Below, piece by piece: positions 29,477 to 40,247 of a stretch of DNA of 64,000 nucleotides. The stretch's first letter is position 1. Each line of letters opens with the position of its first letter. Below the pieces are notes generated by a model, which did no database searches, was not told the origin of the DNA, and saw nothing but the letters and a program-made list of their open reading frames with translations. The position numbers and the translations under genes were made by a program. This DNA is from Candidatus Omnitrophota bacterium (GTDB lineage Bacteria; Omnitrophota; Gorgyraeia; Pluralincolimonadales; Pluralincolimonadaceae), in assembly GCA_041651455.1 (NCBI GenBank), contig JBAZJG010000009.1, positions 16,450 to 80,449 on the forward strand, given 5' to 3'.

Positions 29477-30050
29477 GAGAAAGCTTATAAGGCAGGGAAA
29501 GAGAAATATCGCGGGCATAGATGAAGCCGGCCGCGGCCCGTTAGCCGGGCCGGTCGTCGCCGCCGCAGTGATATTGAAGGAATTCAGTTTCAGCAACAGG
29601 ATAGCCGATTCCAAGAAGCTTACGAGGATCTCCCGCGAAAAGGCATACGCGGAGATAATGGGCAAAGCGCACGTAGGCATAGGAATAGTAGGCGAAAAAG
29701 AGATAGACAACATTAATATCCTCAGGGCCACCCTAAAGGCGATGAGGATGGCGGTCCTGGATCTTCGCGCAAGGCCCGACCACCTCCTAATAGACGGCAA
29801 CTCCACGCCGCCGGGCATCAGGTGCCCGAAGACACTCATTATAAACGGGGAAGCACATTCCATCTCGATCGCCTGCGCTTCGATAATAGCCAAGGTAACA
29901 AGGGATTTCATCATGTCATATTACGACGCCCTTTACCCGGAATACGGGTTCGGCAGGCACAAAGGATACGGGACAACCCGCCATTTCAGCGCGTTGAGGG
30001 AGTTCGGCCCTTCGCCCATACACAGGCGCACTTTCACTCTGGTAAAATGA
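29463..30050 (+). CDS. rnhB: Ribonuclease HII
   Basis: [21 protein letters not shown]. Confidence 0.85.
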   Translation: MLYHERKLIRQGKRNIAGIDEAGRGPLAGPVVAAAVILKEFSFSNRIADSKKLTRISREKAYAEIMGKAHVGIGIVGEKEIDNINILRATLKAMRMAVLDLRARPDHLLIDGNSTPPGIRCPKTLIINGEAHSISIACASIIAKVTRDFIMSYYDALYPEYGFGRHKGYGTTRHFSALREFGPSPIHRRTFTLVK

Positions 30051-30658
30051 ATATATTCATCGTAAGGCACGGCGAATCGGTATGGAACAGGGAGCAAAGG
30101 GTCCAGGGAAGGGAAGACCCGGGTCTCAGCGCCGCGGGGCGGAGGCAGGCGAGGGCCGCGGCAAAACGCCTCAAGAGGGAAGGAATAAAGACCGTCTATT
30201 CGAGCGACCTTAAGCGAGCCGCGCAGACCGCGAAGATAATAGCGGACGTGACACGAGCGAAAATAGTGCTCGTGCCGGAACTTGAAGAGATGATACTCGG
30301 AGCGTGGCAGGGCATGACCATCGACGAGGTCAAGAAACGCTTCCCGAAGTCGTATGCGGCATGGAAAAAGGCGCCTTCGAAGGCGAGGATACCAGGATGG
30401 GAAGGCGTGCAGAATTTTACCTCCAGGGTCAGGCGCGTGTTCAAGGTGATCACGGGAAAAGGCGGTGTTTCGCATGATGCCTGCGTCGTCACGCATTGGG
30501 GCGTCATAGCGGCGTATTTCTCGCTGGTAATGAAGATGGATTTCGACAGGTTCTTCAAATCGGTCAGGATAGACAACTGCAGCATTAACAAGGTATCTTA
30601 CAAGAACGGAAAGGCGATAATACAATGCATAAACGACACCTTGCATTTGCCGTCGTGA
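30047..30658 (+). CDS. Histidine phosphatase (phosphoglycerate mutase family) protein
   Basis: [14 protein letters not shown] (the RHG catalytic motif). The start was re-chosen at the ATG overlapping the rnhB stop. Confidence 0.65.
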   Translation: MNIFIVRHGESVWNREQRVQGREDPGLSAAGRRQARAAAKRLKREGIKTVYSSDLKRAAQTAKIIADVTRAKIVLVPELEEMILGAWQGMTIDEVKKRFPKSYAAWKKAPSKARIPGWEGVQNFTSRVRRVFKVITGKGGVSHDACVVTHWGVIAAYFSLVMKMDFDRFFKSVRIDNCSINKVSYKNGKAIIQCINDTLHLPS

Positions 30659-31923
30659 TGTTGTTATCGGCAGCCGTTTCGCCGTTTTGCGGGGCCCAGC
30701 AGGAACAACAGGGAAGTATCGTCAAGGTGGCCGGCCAGAAGGGCAGCTGGACCCTCGAGGTCAACGGCAAGCCCTTTTACATAAAGGGCGCGGGCCTCGG
30801 AAACATGAAGGGCAAAGACGGCGAGGATTACATGAAACTCGCCCAGGAGCTTGGTGCGAATGCCGTGCGCACGTGGGGTACCGACCAGGGAACGCAGGAG
30901 TATTTCGATGCCGCGCAGAAGTACGGCCTCATGGTCGACGCGGGCATCTGGCTGAATTACGCGGAAAACGACGGAAAATACACATATATCGGCGATAACG
31001 ACCTCAAAAAGCAGAAGAGGAAAGAGATCGAGGATTATGTGAATAAATTCAAAAGCCATCCGGCGCTGCTGATGTGGAATGTCGGCAACGAGGCGATATT
31101 CTTCACGAAGGACGAAGAGCAGCGAATAGAGCTCTCGAAGTTCCTCGAGGAGATGGTGCAGCTCGTGCATAAGCTGGACCCCGCCCATCCCGTGATATAT
31201 ACGTCGGCCGATACGACCGCGCTGCCCTATATCGTTAACTATGTCCCGAGCCTCGACATCTTCGGGATGAACATATACGGGAGCGTAAGGATGTCCCACA
31301 GCAAATGGGACAAGTCCGGGCTCAACATACCGTATTGCGTGACCGAATACGGCCCGCATGGCCCGTGGGACGTGAAGAAGGACCAGAACGGCGCTTCGCA
31401 GGATGAACCGGACCAGGGCAAAGCGGCCTTATACAGGAACATGACGAATGACATAATCGGGTTCAGGGGATACAACATCGGAGGTTTTGTATTCCATCTC
31501 GGCGAGACGACGCAGGAATCGCTGACCTGGTGGAACCTGAATTACAAGCTTTTCAAGCGCGCCGCGTTCTGGGAGGTTTACAAGATATATACCGGAAGCA
31601 AGCCGTCGAACCTCCCGCCGAGGATCACCGCTTTTAAGCTGGGCAAGACGAAAGGCATAGCGCCAGGAGAGACGGTGGATATAGCCGCGGAAGCGTCGGA
31701 CAATGACAGCAACCCTCTCGATTACCAGTTCCTCGTATCCACTGCGAAGGAAGGCGTGCTCGCATATTACGTGAACAAGGAAGTGCCCGTGGAATTCACC
31801 TGCGAAGGCACGGTCTTCCGCATGAAGGCCCCCGATAAGAAAGGGTTATACAGGGTGTATCTCATCGTGAACGACGGATACGGGAACGTCGCCATTGCCA
31901 ACAGGTCGTTCAGAGTGGAGTGA
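30625..31923 (+). CDS. Secreted TIM-barrel glycoside hydrolase (GH5/GH2-like) with a C-terminal Ig-like domain
   Basis: Signal peptide. LMWNVGNEAIFF (an NE catalytic acid/base-like motif), then a C-terminal beta-sandwich. Confidence 0.4.
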   Translation: MHKRHLAFAVVMLLSAAVSPFCGAQQEQQGSIVKVAGQKGSWTLEVNGKPFYIKGAGLGNMKGKDGEDYMKLAQELGANAVRTWGTDQGTQEYFDAAQKYGLMVDAGIWLNYAENDGKYTYIGDNDLKKQKRKEIEDYVNKFKSHPALLMWNVGNEAIFFTKDEEQRIELSKFLEEMVQLVHKLDPAHPVIYTSADTTALPYIVNYVPSLDIFGMNIYGSVRMSHSKWDKSGLNIPYCVTEYGPHGPWDVKKDQNGASQDEPDQGKAALYRNMTNDIIGFRGYNIGGFVFHLGETTQESLTWWNLNYKLFKRAAFWEVYKIYTGSKPSNLPPRITAFKLGKTKGIAPGETVDIAAEASDNDSNPLDYQFLVSTAKEGVLAYYVNKEVPVEFTCEGTVFRMKAPDKKGLYRVYLIVNDGYGNVAIANRSFRVE

Positions 31924-32999
31924 TGATGGCGGAAAAGAAGGAAGACATAAAAGACCTTTCGCTCGCGCAGCTCTACGCGAAATTCAAGAGCCTGAACGAG
32001 CCGGCCTACAGGGCCGAGCAGGTCTTCGAATGGATATACAAGAAGGGCGCGAAGTCATTCGCCGATATGACGGACCTGCCGGCAAAATTACGCGGCTACC
32101 TGTCGAATAAGTACGAGATATCGGGCGTAACCCTCGTCAGCGTCCAGATGTCGAAGTCGGACGGTACGAGCAAATACCTTTTTGCGCTTTCGGACGGTGA
32201 GACCGTCGAGTCGGTCCTTATTCCCGCAAAAGACCCGAACGGAGGCGCGAGCAGGCAGACGGTATGCCTTTCGTCGCAGGCCGGATGCGCGTACGGATGC
32301 TATTTTTGCGCGAGCGGGCTCGCGGGATTCAAGAGGAACCTTACCTGCGGCGAGATACTCTCGCAGGCGCTCGCGATACAGGACGGCCTTCTGCGCAAAG
32401 GCAGGAGGATAACGAACGTAGTGATGATGGGGACGGGCGAACCGCTCTCGAATTACGACAATGTCATGAAGGCCGTCGAGACAATGAACTCCCCGCACGG
32501 CCTCGGGATAGGCGCGAGGAAGATAACGGTATCGACCGCGGGCCATATCCCCGGTATCCAAAGGTATATGCTGGAGAAGGAGCAGTTCGAGCTTTCCGTA
32601 TCACTGCACGCGGCCGACGACAAGACCCGTTCTAAACTCATGCCTATCAACAATGTTTACCCGCTCGGGAAGCTCATGACCGTATGCAAGGAATACACGA
32701 GGGAGAAGGGAAGGATAATAACCTTCGAATATATACTGATAAAGGACGTGAACGCCTCGCTTACCGACGCGCAGAACCTCGTGAAACTGCTGAAGGGGCT
32801 GAACTGCAAGGTCAACCTTATACCTTTCAACCCCGTGGCGGATTTCAAATTTTCACCTCCGTCTCCGAAAGAGGCGAAGGCCTTCCAGGAAGCGCTGGAA
32901 AAAGGCGGCATAAGCTCGACAGTCAGGTCGCAGAGGGGGGCGGATATAGATGCTGCATGCGGCCAGCTAAGGTTGCGGGAGGCGGGGAAGGGCCGATGA
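31920..32999 (+). CDS. rlmN: 23S rRNA / tRNA (adenine-C2)-methyltransferase RlmN (radical SAM)
   Basis: CLSSQAGCAYGCYFC (CxxxCxxC radical-SAM cluster), RlmN/Cfr architecture, GTG start. Confidence 0.8.
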   Translation: MMMAEKKEDIKDLSLAQLYAKFKSLNEPAYRAEQVFEWIYKKGAKSFADMTDLPAKLRGYLSNKYEISGVTLVSVQMSKSDGTSKYLFALSDGETVESVLIPAKDPNGGASRQTVCLSSQAGCAYGCYFCASGLAGFKRNLTCGEILSQALAIQDGLLRKGRRITNVVMMGTGEPLSNYDNVMKAVETMNSPHGLGIGARKITVSTAGHIPGIQRYMLEKEQFELSVSLHAADDKTRSKLMPINNVYPLGKLMTVCKEYTREKGRIITFEYILIKDVNASLTDAQNLVKLLKGLNCKVNLIPFNPVADFKFSPPSPKEAKAFQEALEKGGISSTVRSQRGADIDAACGQLRLREAGKGR

Positions 33000-35020
33000 A
33001 GAATATACGGAAAGCCGCCGCGCTGGCATTTGCCTTGCTGTTCGCATGCGGGATATACGCCGCGGAGGAAGGCAAGAAATGGGAGCCCTATTATTTCGGG
33101 CCGGCGACACAGGGCGGGATCGTCTCCGAGAACGACGAGGGTGTCTCGATCTCGCTCGACAGGGTGGGCGTATTCGGGATATATAACCCGAGCAAGTTCG
33201 GGGGGAATTTCGACGCGCAGACGGAATTCAAGCCGCTTTCCGGCACATGCGGGATAATGCTCTTCAGGGACAAGGACGGGAAACCCGACCCGTCGAATTT
33301 CGTCGGTATAGAGCGCAAGCAGGACAAGCGCGGCGATAAGACCGTCAGGGTGTTCGCGATAAGGGACGGTCAGGACATGCTCGGGCAGAATTCGAAATGG
33401 AACCCGAGGTATGAATTCCTGCTCAACAACGATTCCTTCGGGCATGAGGCGAAAGCGTTCAGGATAATCAGGGACGAGAAGGCGGAATGCCTGCATTTCT
33501 ATTATAAATATGAAAGGGATGTGGACGGGAAACGGCTTGAGGGCTGGATGGAATTTTCCACCCTGCCGGACCCGGGCAACGGAATGTATTATTTCTACCC
33601 GTATGTTAAGTCCGACGGGAACGCGCCGGTCATAGCGACATTCATGCGGCCGATGGTCATGCTGACGCCGTCGGACGACAAGTCCGACAAGGATACGGGG
33701 TTCGGCGCCGTAAAGAGGGATTATGTCTTCTCGGGTTTTTCCGGGGACGCCATAGTCGTGACATTCGACAGGGAATTCCCGTTCTATGAGAAGTCGAAGT
33801 TCGTATTCTGGAACGAAGCCGAATACATCCCGTGGTGGCATATAGACGAAAAATGCGCGGTCTATTACGAGTTCGTCGAGATCTGGGGCGGCGGGACCGA
33901 GGGCTGCTGCGAGCCGATGGGAGACAGGCTGCTGCGCTGGTCCAAGGCAGAGATAGTCGAGTCGAACAAGGCGCGAGTCATAGTGCACTGGAGGTACCTG
34001 CTCGCCGACCCCGAGTATAAATGGTGGGGGCTCGACCCGGTCGACAGGCCTTACGCGGACGAATGGTACACCTTCTACCCGGACGGCGTCGGGGTGCGCA
34101 AGGTCACCTATACGCCGGTCGTAACAACCAAGTACGAGACGGACTGGAACGAGATATCGGAACTCGCGGTGGTAAAACGCGGCGGCGTCAAACCGTCGGA
34201 GATAATCGACCAGAAGGCGATATCGATGATGAACGTCCAGGGCGACAAGATAGATTACGCATGGTACCTTAACGAGCAGACGTCCCCGTCGAAACTCGAC
34301 GAAACGTCGAAGAACTGGACCGAGGCGATATGCCGCGTGAACCTCAAGAACAGGCCGGCGGTGTTCGAGTCCTTCGCGCAGGGCGAGGATGTCTCCGACA
34401 TGACGTTCCCGGTGCCGTTCAGGAAATGGTGGGGGCATTACGGTGAGAATTGGGCGTTCGAGCTCAGGGGCGGCGGCGAGTACGAGGGTGATTTCTTCGT
34501 CTTCTCGCATTGGCCGATCAGCAAGATGCCGTATGAGGAACCGGGCAAGAGCAACGGCAGATACATACGCGAGCCCGGGCACGTATCGCTGCTTCCAATA
34601 GCGGGACACCCTAAGGCGCAGGGGCCTGTCACATGGGCGATGCTTGTGGGCCTGTCGAAGGCCTGGGACGACAAGGAGATCCGCGACAGGACCGCGTCAT
34701 GGATAAACCCGAGCGACGTGAACATGATATCCGACAGCGCAAAGTTCATAAAGAACGACCTGCACCAAAGGGCGCTTGTATTCGAGACGGACAGCCTCAG
34801 GCACGGCTGTGAGTTCACACTCTTCCCGAAGATCGTATCATCCGTGGCCGTGAACCCGGTCTTCATAATAAAGAACTGGGGCAAATACCCGGTCTCTGTC
34901 AGGATGAACGGCAAACAGCTCAAAGAGGACGCCGACTTCCGCTACGCCGTAGAAGGAGAGGACGCGGTCATCTGGGTAAAAGCGAAATTCACCACGATAG
35001 CGTCGTTCGCCATCAAGTAA
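32996..35020 (+). CDS. Secreted protein of unknown function (about 674 aa)
   Basis: Signal peptide MKNIRKAAALAFALLFACGIYAAEEG begins at the internal Met of the longer 32684 ORF. The ATG overlaps the rlmN stop. The opposite-strand 650-aa ORF is an Arg-rich shadow ORF. Confidence 0.5.
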   Translation: MKNIRKAAALAFALLFACGIYAAEEGKKWEPYYFGPATQGGIVSENDEGVSISLDRVGVFGIYNPSKFGGNFDAQTEFKPLSGTCGIMLFRDKDGKPDPSNFVGIERKQDKRGDKTVRVFAIRDGQDMLGQNSKWNPRYEFLLNNDSFGHEAKAFRIIRDEKAECLHFYYKYERDVDGKRLEGWMEFSTLPDPGNGMYYFYPYVKSDGNAPVIATFMRPMVMLTPSDDKSDKDTGFGAVKRDYVFSGFSGDAIVVTFDREFPFYEKSKFVFWNEAEYIPWWHIDEKCAVYYEFVEIWGGGTEGCCEPMGDRLLRWSKAEIVESNKARVIVHWRYLLADPEYKWWGLDPVDRPYADEWYTFYPDGVGVRKVTYTPVVTTKYETDWNEISELAVVKRGGVKPSEIIDQKAISMMNVQGDKIDYAWYLNEQTSPSKLDETSKNWTEAICRVNLKNRPAVFESFAQGEDVSDMTFPVPFRKWWGHYGENWAFELRGGGEYEGDFFVFSHWPISKMPYEEPGKSNGRYIREPGHVSLLPIAGHPKAQGPVTWAMLVGLSKAWDDKEIRDRTASWINPSDVNMISDSAKFIKNDLHQRALVFETDSLRHGCEFTLFPKIVSSVAVNPVFIIKNWGKYPVSVRMNGKQLKEDADFRYAVEGEDAVIWVKAKFTTIASFAIK

Positions 35021-35065
35021 ATACTGTTGCAAAAACCCGGTTATTTCCCTATAATAAATAACACT

Positions 35066-36745
35066 ATGTTCGCTAAAATACCGCATTCCACATCGGAGAT
35101 CGCGAAGCTTACGCATCCCAAGCAAATAGTTGGGGTTGCGACAAAAATCGGCCTTAACGCCGATGAGCTGGAATTTTACGGCAATTTTAAGGCAAAGGTC
35201 GTCCTCGGCGTCCTCCAGAGGCTCAAGGCCAGGCCGGACGGGAAACTCGTCCTCGTTACCGCGATAACGCCGACAAAACACGGCGAAGGCAAGACCTGCA
35301 TATCGATAGGGCTTACGCAGGCGCTCGGCCGCCTGAAGAAACGGGTGGTATTATGTTTGCGCGAGCCGTCATTGGGCCCGGCTCTCGGCCTTAAGGGCGG
35401 CGGCTGCGGCGGCGGGTACGCGCAGGTCCTGCCGATGGAAGATATAAACCTGCATTTTACCGGAGACATCGCGGCGGTAGCGGCGGCACATAACCTGCTG
35501 AGCGCGATAATAGACAACCATATCGCGAGGGGCAATGAGCTGAAGATCGACCCGAAGCGGATCGTCTGGCGCAGGACGATAGACCTCTGCGACAAGAGCC
35601 TGCGCGAGATACAGGTAGGCATGGCCGAAGGTTCCGTAAAGAGGCGCGACGGGTTCGATATAACGGCCGCGTCGGAGATAATGGCGTGCCTTGCGCTTAC
35701 CACCGGGTACAGGGACCTGAAGGAACGCCTCGGCAAGATGATAATAGGTTTCACTAACAAAGGGCGCCCGGTAGCCGCCGCGGAACTGAAAGTCGTCGGC
35801 GCGATGGCCGCTATCCTGAAGGAAGCGGTTAAGCCCAATATAGCGCAGACGCTCGAAGGGCAGCCCGCGTTCATACATATGGGGCCGTTCGGCAACATCG
35901 CGCACGGGACCAACAGCATACTCGCCACGCAGATGGCGCTGAAACTCGCGGACTACGCGGTGGTCGAGACCGGTTTCGGGACCGACCTCGGTTTCGAGAA
36001 GTTCTGCGATGTTGTCACAAGGCAGGGCAAATTCAGGCCGGATTGCGCGGTAGTTGTCGTGAGTGCGAGGGCGCTTAAATCGCACGGCGGCGCCGCGGAT
36101 GACCTGCTCGAAAAGGAGGACCTCGGCGCGCTTAACAACGGCCTGTGCAACCTCGAAAGGCACATAGATAACGTAAAGAAGTTCGGCATCTGGCCGGTCG
36201 TCGCGATAAACAGGTTCCCCGGCGACACCGATAACGAGCTGAACAGGATAAAGGAATCGTGCAGGAGCAAAGGCGTTCTCGCGGAGATCACGGAGGTCGT
36301 CGCGAAAGGCGGCGAGGGCGGCGAGAAGCTCGCGCAGGCGGTGATAACGACGATGCAGGAGCACCCGTCGAAGTTCAGCCCTTTATATGAGCTGAGCCTG
36401 ACGATAAAAGAGAAAATAGAAAAGATAGCGGTCGAGATGTACGGCGCCGAAGGCGTCGTATACGTGGGGACCTCGGAAGACGACATAAATTTCCTTACGG
36501 AGAACGGTTACGACGAGCTTCCGGTAAATATGGCAAGGACGCACCTCTCGTTCACCGACGACCCGAAGGTCAAAGGCGCGCCGTCCGGCTGGAGGCTGAA
36601 GGTCAAGGAAGTGAAGGTCTCGGCGGGCGCGGGATTCCTCGTGGCGCTTACGGGCGAGATGAACCTTATGCCAGGCATGCCGAGGGTGCCGCTAGCGGAG
36701 CGTGTGGATATAGATAACGACGGAAATATATCGGGGTTATTTTAA
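35066..36745 (+). CDS. fhs: Formate--tetrahydrofolate ligase
   Basis: DIEIA-type N-terminus (SEIAKLTHPKQI) and LVTAITPTKHGEGKTCISIGL (FTHFS signature). The start is set at the internal Met. Confidence 0.85.
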   Translation: MFAKIPHSTSEIAKLTHPKQIVGVATKIGLNADELEFYGNFKAKVVLGVLQRLKARPDGKLVLVTAITPTKHGEGKTCISIGLTQALGRLKKRVVLCLREPSLGPALGLKGGGCGGGYAQVLPMEDINLHFTGDIAAVAAAHNLLSAIIDNHIARGNELKIDPKRIVWRRTIDLCDKSLREIQVGMAEGSVKRRDGFDITAASEIMACLALTTGYRDLKERLGKMIIGFTNKGRPVAAAELKVVGAMAAILKEAVKPNIAQTLEGQPAFIHMGPFGNIAHGTNSILATQMALKLADYAVVETGFGTDLGFEKFCDVVTRQGKFRPDCAVVVVSARALKSHGGAADDLLEKEDLGALNNGLCNLERHIDNVKKFGIWPVVAINRFPGDTDNELNRIKESCRSKGVLAEITEVVAKGGEGGEKLAQAVITTMQEHPSKFSPLYELSLTIKEKIEKIAVEMYGAEGVVYVGTSEDDINFLTENGYDELPVNMARTHLSFTDDPKVKGAPSGWRLKVKEVKVSAGAGFLVALTGEMNLMPGMPRVPLAERVDIDNDGNISGLF

Positions 36746-37227
36746 TGAAGATATCCGACAGGAACAGGATAGACGCTTTCATAAAGGCGCTCGGGCAGAA
36801 GAAGCCGGTCCCCGGCGGCGGCGCGGCGTCGGCCCTGGCAGGCGCGCTCGGAGCCGCGTTATTGATGAAGGTCGCGAATTTTACCATAGGAAAGAAGAGA
36901 TACAGGATCTACGAGAAGGACGCGAAGGTGATACTCGGCAAGGCCGATACGCTCATGAAGAGGCTCAGCGCTTACATCGAAAGGGACGCTAAGGCGTATG
37001 ATGAATACGCGAGGACCAAGAGCCCTGCCGCGATGAAGAAAGCGACGCTGTGCGTGTCAGAGATAGCGAAGATGTCCTCTGCCGGGCTGAAGTTCTGCCC
37101 GCGGCTCAGGAAGATAGGCAACAGGAACCTTATGGGCGATCTGTATGCCGCCGAGGCGCTGTTAAAGGCGTCGGCGCAGTCGGCGGGCAACCTCGTGAAG
37201 CTTAACAGGAAACGGACGGGACGATAG
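36745..37227 (+). CDS. fchA: Cyclodeaminase/cyclohydrolase-family protein (FTCD_C-like, putative methenyl-THF cyclohydrolase)
   Basis: PVPGGGAASALAGALGAALLMKV is the hallmark of the formiminotransferase-cyclodeaminase C-terminal family. Confidence 0.55.
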   Translation: MKISDRNRIDAFIKALGQKKPVPGGGAASALAGALGAALLMKVANFTIGKKRYRIYEKDAKVILGKADTLMKRLSAYIERDAKAYDEYARTKSPAAMKKATLCVSEIAKMSSAGLKFCPRLRKIGNRNLMGDLYAAEALLKASAQSAGNLVKLNRKRTGR

Positions 37228-38043
37228 ATGGCCGCAAAGATACTTAACGGAAAAGTTCTCGCATCGAAGCTCAAGGCGCAGATAAAGCGCGAGGTCTCCG
37301 CCATAAGGAAAAAATACGGAAGGGCGCCGATGCTTTCCGTCATCCAGATAGGCGGGCATAAGCCGGCCACTATATACATAAATTCGCAGGAGAAACTCGC
37401 GAAGGAGCTCGGGATAAGGTACAAGAAGATACGGCTGAGCAATTCCGTATCGCAGGACGAACTGATAAGGGTCATAAAGAAACTGAACAGGGACAAGGCA
37501 ACGACCGCGATCATGCTGGGCCTGCCTGTCCCGAAGACGATAAACCTGAAGCAGGCGATATATTACATCGACCCGGCTAAGAACGTCGAAAGGGTCAACC
37601 CGACTGCGTCGGCGGTCATGGAGATGATAAGGTCCACCGGCATAAGTTTATTCGGCAGGGAAGCGGTCGTCGTCGGCCACGGCGAACTTGTCGGCAAGCC
37701 CATAGCGATGTTCCTCCTCGATAAGCTGGCTACCGTGACGGTCTGCCACATAGGGACGGCTACGCGCGGGAAACTGAAAGAGCATATCTCCAGGGCGGAG
37801 ATACTCGTGGTCGCGGTAGGAAAGCCGGACCTCATAAAAGGCGGATGGATAAAGCGCGGCGCGGTGGTCGTGGATGTAGGGATAACGAAGGTCGGCGGCA
37901 GGATAGCAGGGGACGTTGAATTCGAGCCGGCGAGGAGACGCGCCGGGTTCATAACACCCGTCCCGGGCGGCGTCGGACCGCTGACCGTGATAATGTCGAT
38001 GTGCAACTGCATTGCGCTCTTTAAGGAGCAGGTAAAGAAATGA
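37228..38043 (+). CDS. folD: Bifunctional 5,10-methylene-THF dehydrogenase / cyclohydrolase
   Basis: MAAKILNGKVLA..., Rossmann fold, and the FolD-type C-terminus VPGGVGPLT. Confidence 0.85.
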   Translation: MAAKILNGKVLASKLKAQIKREVSAIRKKYGRAPMLSVIQIGGHKPATIYINSQEKLAKELGIRYKKIRLSNSVSQDELIRVIKKLNRDKATTAIMLGLPVPKTINLKQAIYYIDPAKNVERVNPTASAVMEMIRSTGISLFGREAVVVGHGELVGKPIAMFLLDKLATVTVCHIGTATRGKLKEHISRAEILVVAVGKPDLIKGGWIKRGAVVVDVGITKVGGRIAGDVEFEPARRRAGFITPVPGGVGPLTVIMSMCNCIALFKEQVKK

Positions 38044-38702
38044 TAATTACAAAACAGAAACCTGTCGATAATATATTAAAGTCCCTCGAAAAAGCGGAAA
38101 AGGTGTTCATCGTGGGCTGCACGCAGTGCGCGACGGTATGCAAGACCGGCGGCGAGGAAGAGGTAAAGAAGATGAAGGAACTCCTCGAGTCGAAAGGCAA
38201 GAAGGTGACCGCCGCCGAGGTCTGGGACACGCCCTGCAACCTCCTCGAGGTGAAGAAGCGGTTGCGTGACAATAAAGACACGCTCGCGGGGTCTGAAGTT
38301 CTGCTGCTGATGAGCTGCGGCGACGGTGCGCATACGGTCTTCCTCGGCACGGGCATGAGCGTAGTCCCGGCGAACGATACGCTCTTCCTCGGCCAGTCCG
38401 AGAGGGCGGGAAAGTTCAACGAGGTATGCGCGCTCTGCGGCGACTGCACATTATTCGTCACGGGCGGTTACTGCCCGAACGCGTTGTGCCCGAAGGGGCT
38501 CCAGAACGGCCCCTGCGGAGGCGCGAAGGACGGAAAGTGCGAGGTAAGCCCCGAGATAGACTGCGGATGGCTGCTTATATATAACAGTTTGAAGGATGCC
38601 GGAAGGCTCGATAACATGAAAAAGATCCTTCCGCCCAAGGACCATTCGAAGTCGGTGAAACCGCGCAAGATCACCGTAGACGCGGTCAGAAAGAGGCAAT
38701 GA
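38040..38702 (+). CDS. metV: MetV-like zinc-ribbon protein (small subunit associated with methylene-THF reductase)
   Basis: Cys-rich motifs GCTQCATVC, SCGDG, CALCGDC, YCPNALCPKGLQNGPCGG. Located immediately 5' of metF, as in acetogen metVF. Confidence 0.55.
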   Translation: MIITKQKPVDNILKSLEKAEKVFIVGCTQCATVCKTGGEEEVKKMKELLESKGKKVTAAEVWDTPCNLLEVKKRLRDNKDTLAGSEVLLLMSCGDGAHTVFLGTGMSVVPANDTLFLGQSERAGKFNEVCALCGDCTLFVTGGYCPNALCPKGLQNGPCGGAKDGKCEVSPEIDCGWLLIYNSLKDAGRLDNMKKILPPKDHSKSVKPRKITVDAVRKRQ

Positions 38703-39568
38703 TGACCTTAAAAGAAAAGATCAAGAGCAAGAAATTCATTATAACGGCCGAGATCGGCCCGCCGAAGGGCATAGACGTGCAGTCACAACTTCAGGAAGCG
38801 GAACTGCTAAGGTCCCGCGTTGACGCGATAAACGTGACCGACTCGCAGAGCGCGGTAATGAGGCTTGGCTCCCTTGCCGTATCGTCGCTCCTGCAGAGGA
38901 AAGGGATCGAGCCCGTATACCAGCTCACGTGCCGCGACCGCAACAGGATCGCGCTGCAGTCGGACGCGCTCTCCGCGGCGGCGTTGGGCATCGAGAACAT
39001 CCTCGTGCTTACCGGCGACCACCCGATGCGCGGGGACCATCCTGAGGCGAAGCCGGTATTCGACCTGGATTCCGTGCAGCTTATCGGGGCATTGCGCATG
39101 CTTGAAGCGGGCAGGGACCTGGCCGGCAAGGAGCTCAAGGGCGCGCCGAGGTTCTGCATAGGCGCCGTCGTGAACCCGGGAGCCGACCCGGTCGAGCCCG
39201 AGCTGATAAAATTCGAGAAGAAGATAAACGCGGGCGCGGAGTTCTTCCAGACCCAGGGCGTATATGACGTCGGAGCGTTCTCTAAATTCATCGACAAGGC
39301 TAAGTATATCGATACATGCATCATCGCCGGGATAATACTGATAAAGTCGCCGGAGATGGCGAGGTTCATGAACAAGAACGTCGCCGGGATATTCGTTCCG
39401 GACGGCCTTATCAGGGAGATCGAAGGCGCGTCAGACAGGCAGCAGAAGGCCGCAGAGATAGCAGCGCGCACGATAAAAGAACTGAAGGGGCTGGTCCAGG
39501 GCGTGCACATCATGTCGTTAGGATGGAACAAGCTCGTCCCGCAGATTCTGGACATGGCCGGGCTCTAG
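38699..39568 (+). CDS. metF: 5,10-methylenetetrahydrofolate reductase
   Basis: FIITAEIGPPKG... TIM-barrel MTHFR pattern, 289 aa. Confidence 0.8.
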   Translation: MMTLKEKIKSKKFIITAEIGPPKGIDVQSQLQEAELLRSRVDAINVTDSQSAVMRLGSLAVSSLLQRKGIEPVYQLTCRDRNRIALQSDALSAAALGIENILVLTGDHPMRGDHPEAKPVFDLDSVQLIGALRMLEAGRDLAGKELKGAPRFCIGAVVNPGADPVEPELIKFEKKINAGAEFFQTQGVYDVGAFSKFIDKAKYIDTCIIAGIILIKSPEMARFMNKNVAGIFVPDGLIREIEGASDRQQKAAEIAARTIKELKGLVQGVHIMSLGWNKLVPQILDMAGL

Positions 39569-39698
39569 GAGACCTAAGATCGTCTTTCTGAAGAACATCC
39601 CGATAAAAATACCGTCGGACCTCGTCCTGTCACGCCTCAAATACGCGAAATACAAGACAAAGGCGGACGGGAGGATACTGTCTTTCATAGCCGGCATC

Positions 39699-40247
39699 AT
39701 GGACGAGGGGTATTCGTTAGTCGAGACGAGGGCCGTATTCGCGGTATTCGATATTGCGGTTAAGGCCGGCGGGACCGTCAGGTTCGGCTCATCGGGGCTG
39801 CGCATAAAGAGCGCGTCCCTTTCGAAACACCTGAAAGGGGCTTCGAAGGCCGCGCTGTTCGCCTGCACGATAGGCAAAGGTCTCGGTGAAAAGGTCAACG
39901 ATTACGTGCGAAAAGGCGAGATTGCGTCCGCGACCGTACTCGACGCCGTCGGCTCCGAGGCGGCTGAAGCGCTTGCCGACGAGATAGACCGCGTCGTGAC
40001 AAAGAACGCGCGCGCGGAGGGGTACTCGACCGTCACGCGGTTCAGCCCAGGCTACGGCGACTGGTCGGTCTTCGACCAGGGCAAGGTGTTGAAAGCGTTG
40101 AAGGCCTCGAAGATAGGCGTAAGGGCGACGAAGAGCTATATAATGGTGCCGGAGAAATCGGTGACCGCCTGCATAGGGCTTGTCAAGGCGGGCGCCAAGC
40201 CGGTCAGGAAGGTGTATGAAGGGAATACTCGCAAGATTAAAAAATGA
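39699..40247 (+). CDS. Methionine synthase activation (AdoMet-binding reactivation) domain protein, encoded separately. The N-terminus may extend upstream.
   Basis: Size and motif pattern of Met_synt_B12-type stand-alone activation domains. The reading frame stays open back to 39522 with no ATG, GTG or TTG. Confidence 0.45.
   Translation: MDEGYSLVETRAVFAVFDIAVKAGGTVRFGSSGLRIKSASLSKHLKGASKAALFACTIGKGLGEKVNDYVRKGEIASATVLDAVGSEAAEALADEIDRVVTKNARAEGYSTVTRFSPGYGDWSVFDQGKVLKALKASKIGVRATKSYIMVPEKSVTACIGLVKAGAKPVRKVYEGNTRKIKK

Noticed and set aside
32684-32995. N-terminal 104 codons of the 778-aa + ORF (MQGIHEGEGKDNN...)
   Set aside because: This stretch lies inside rlmN in another frame. The real gene most plausibly starts at the internal Met that opens a classic signal peptide (32996) and overlaps the rlmN stop.
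39569-39698. Possible SAM or B12 riboswitch in the 130-nt gap between metF and the methionine-synthase genes
   Set aside because: The gap is an uninterrupted open reading frame in phase with the downstream gene. It lacks the conserved riboswitch stem patterns. It is more likely an unannotated N-terminal extension (see the split methionine synthase finding).
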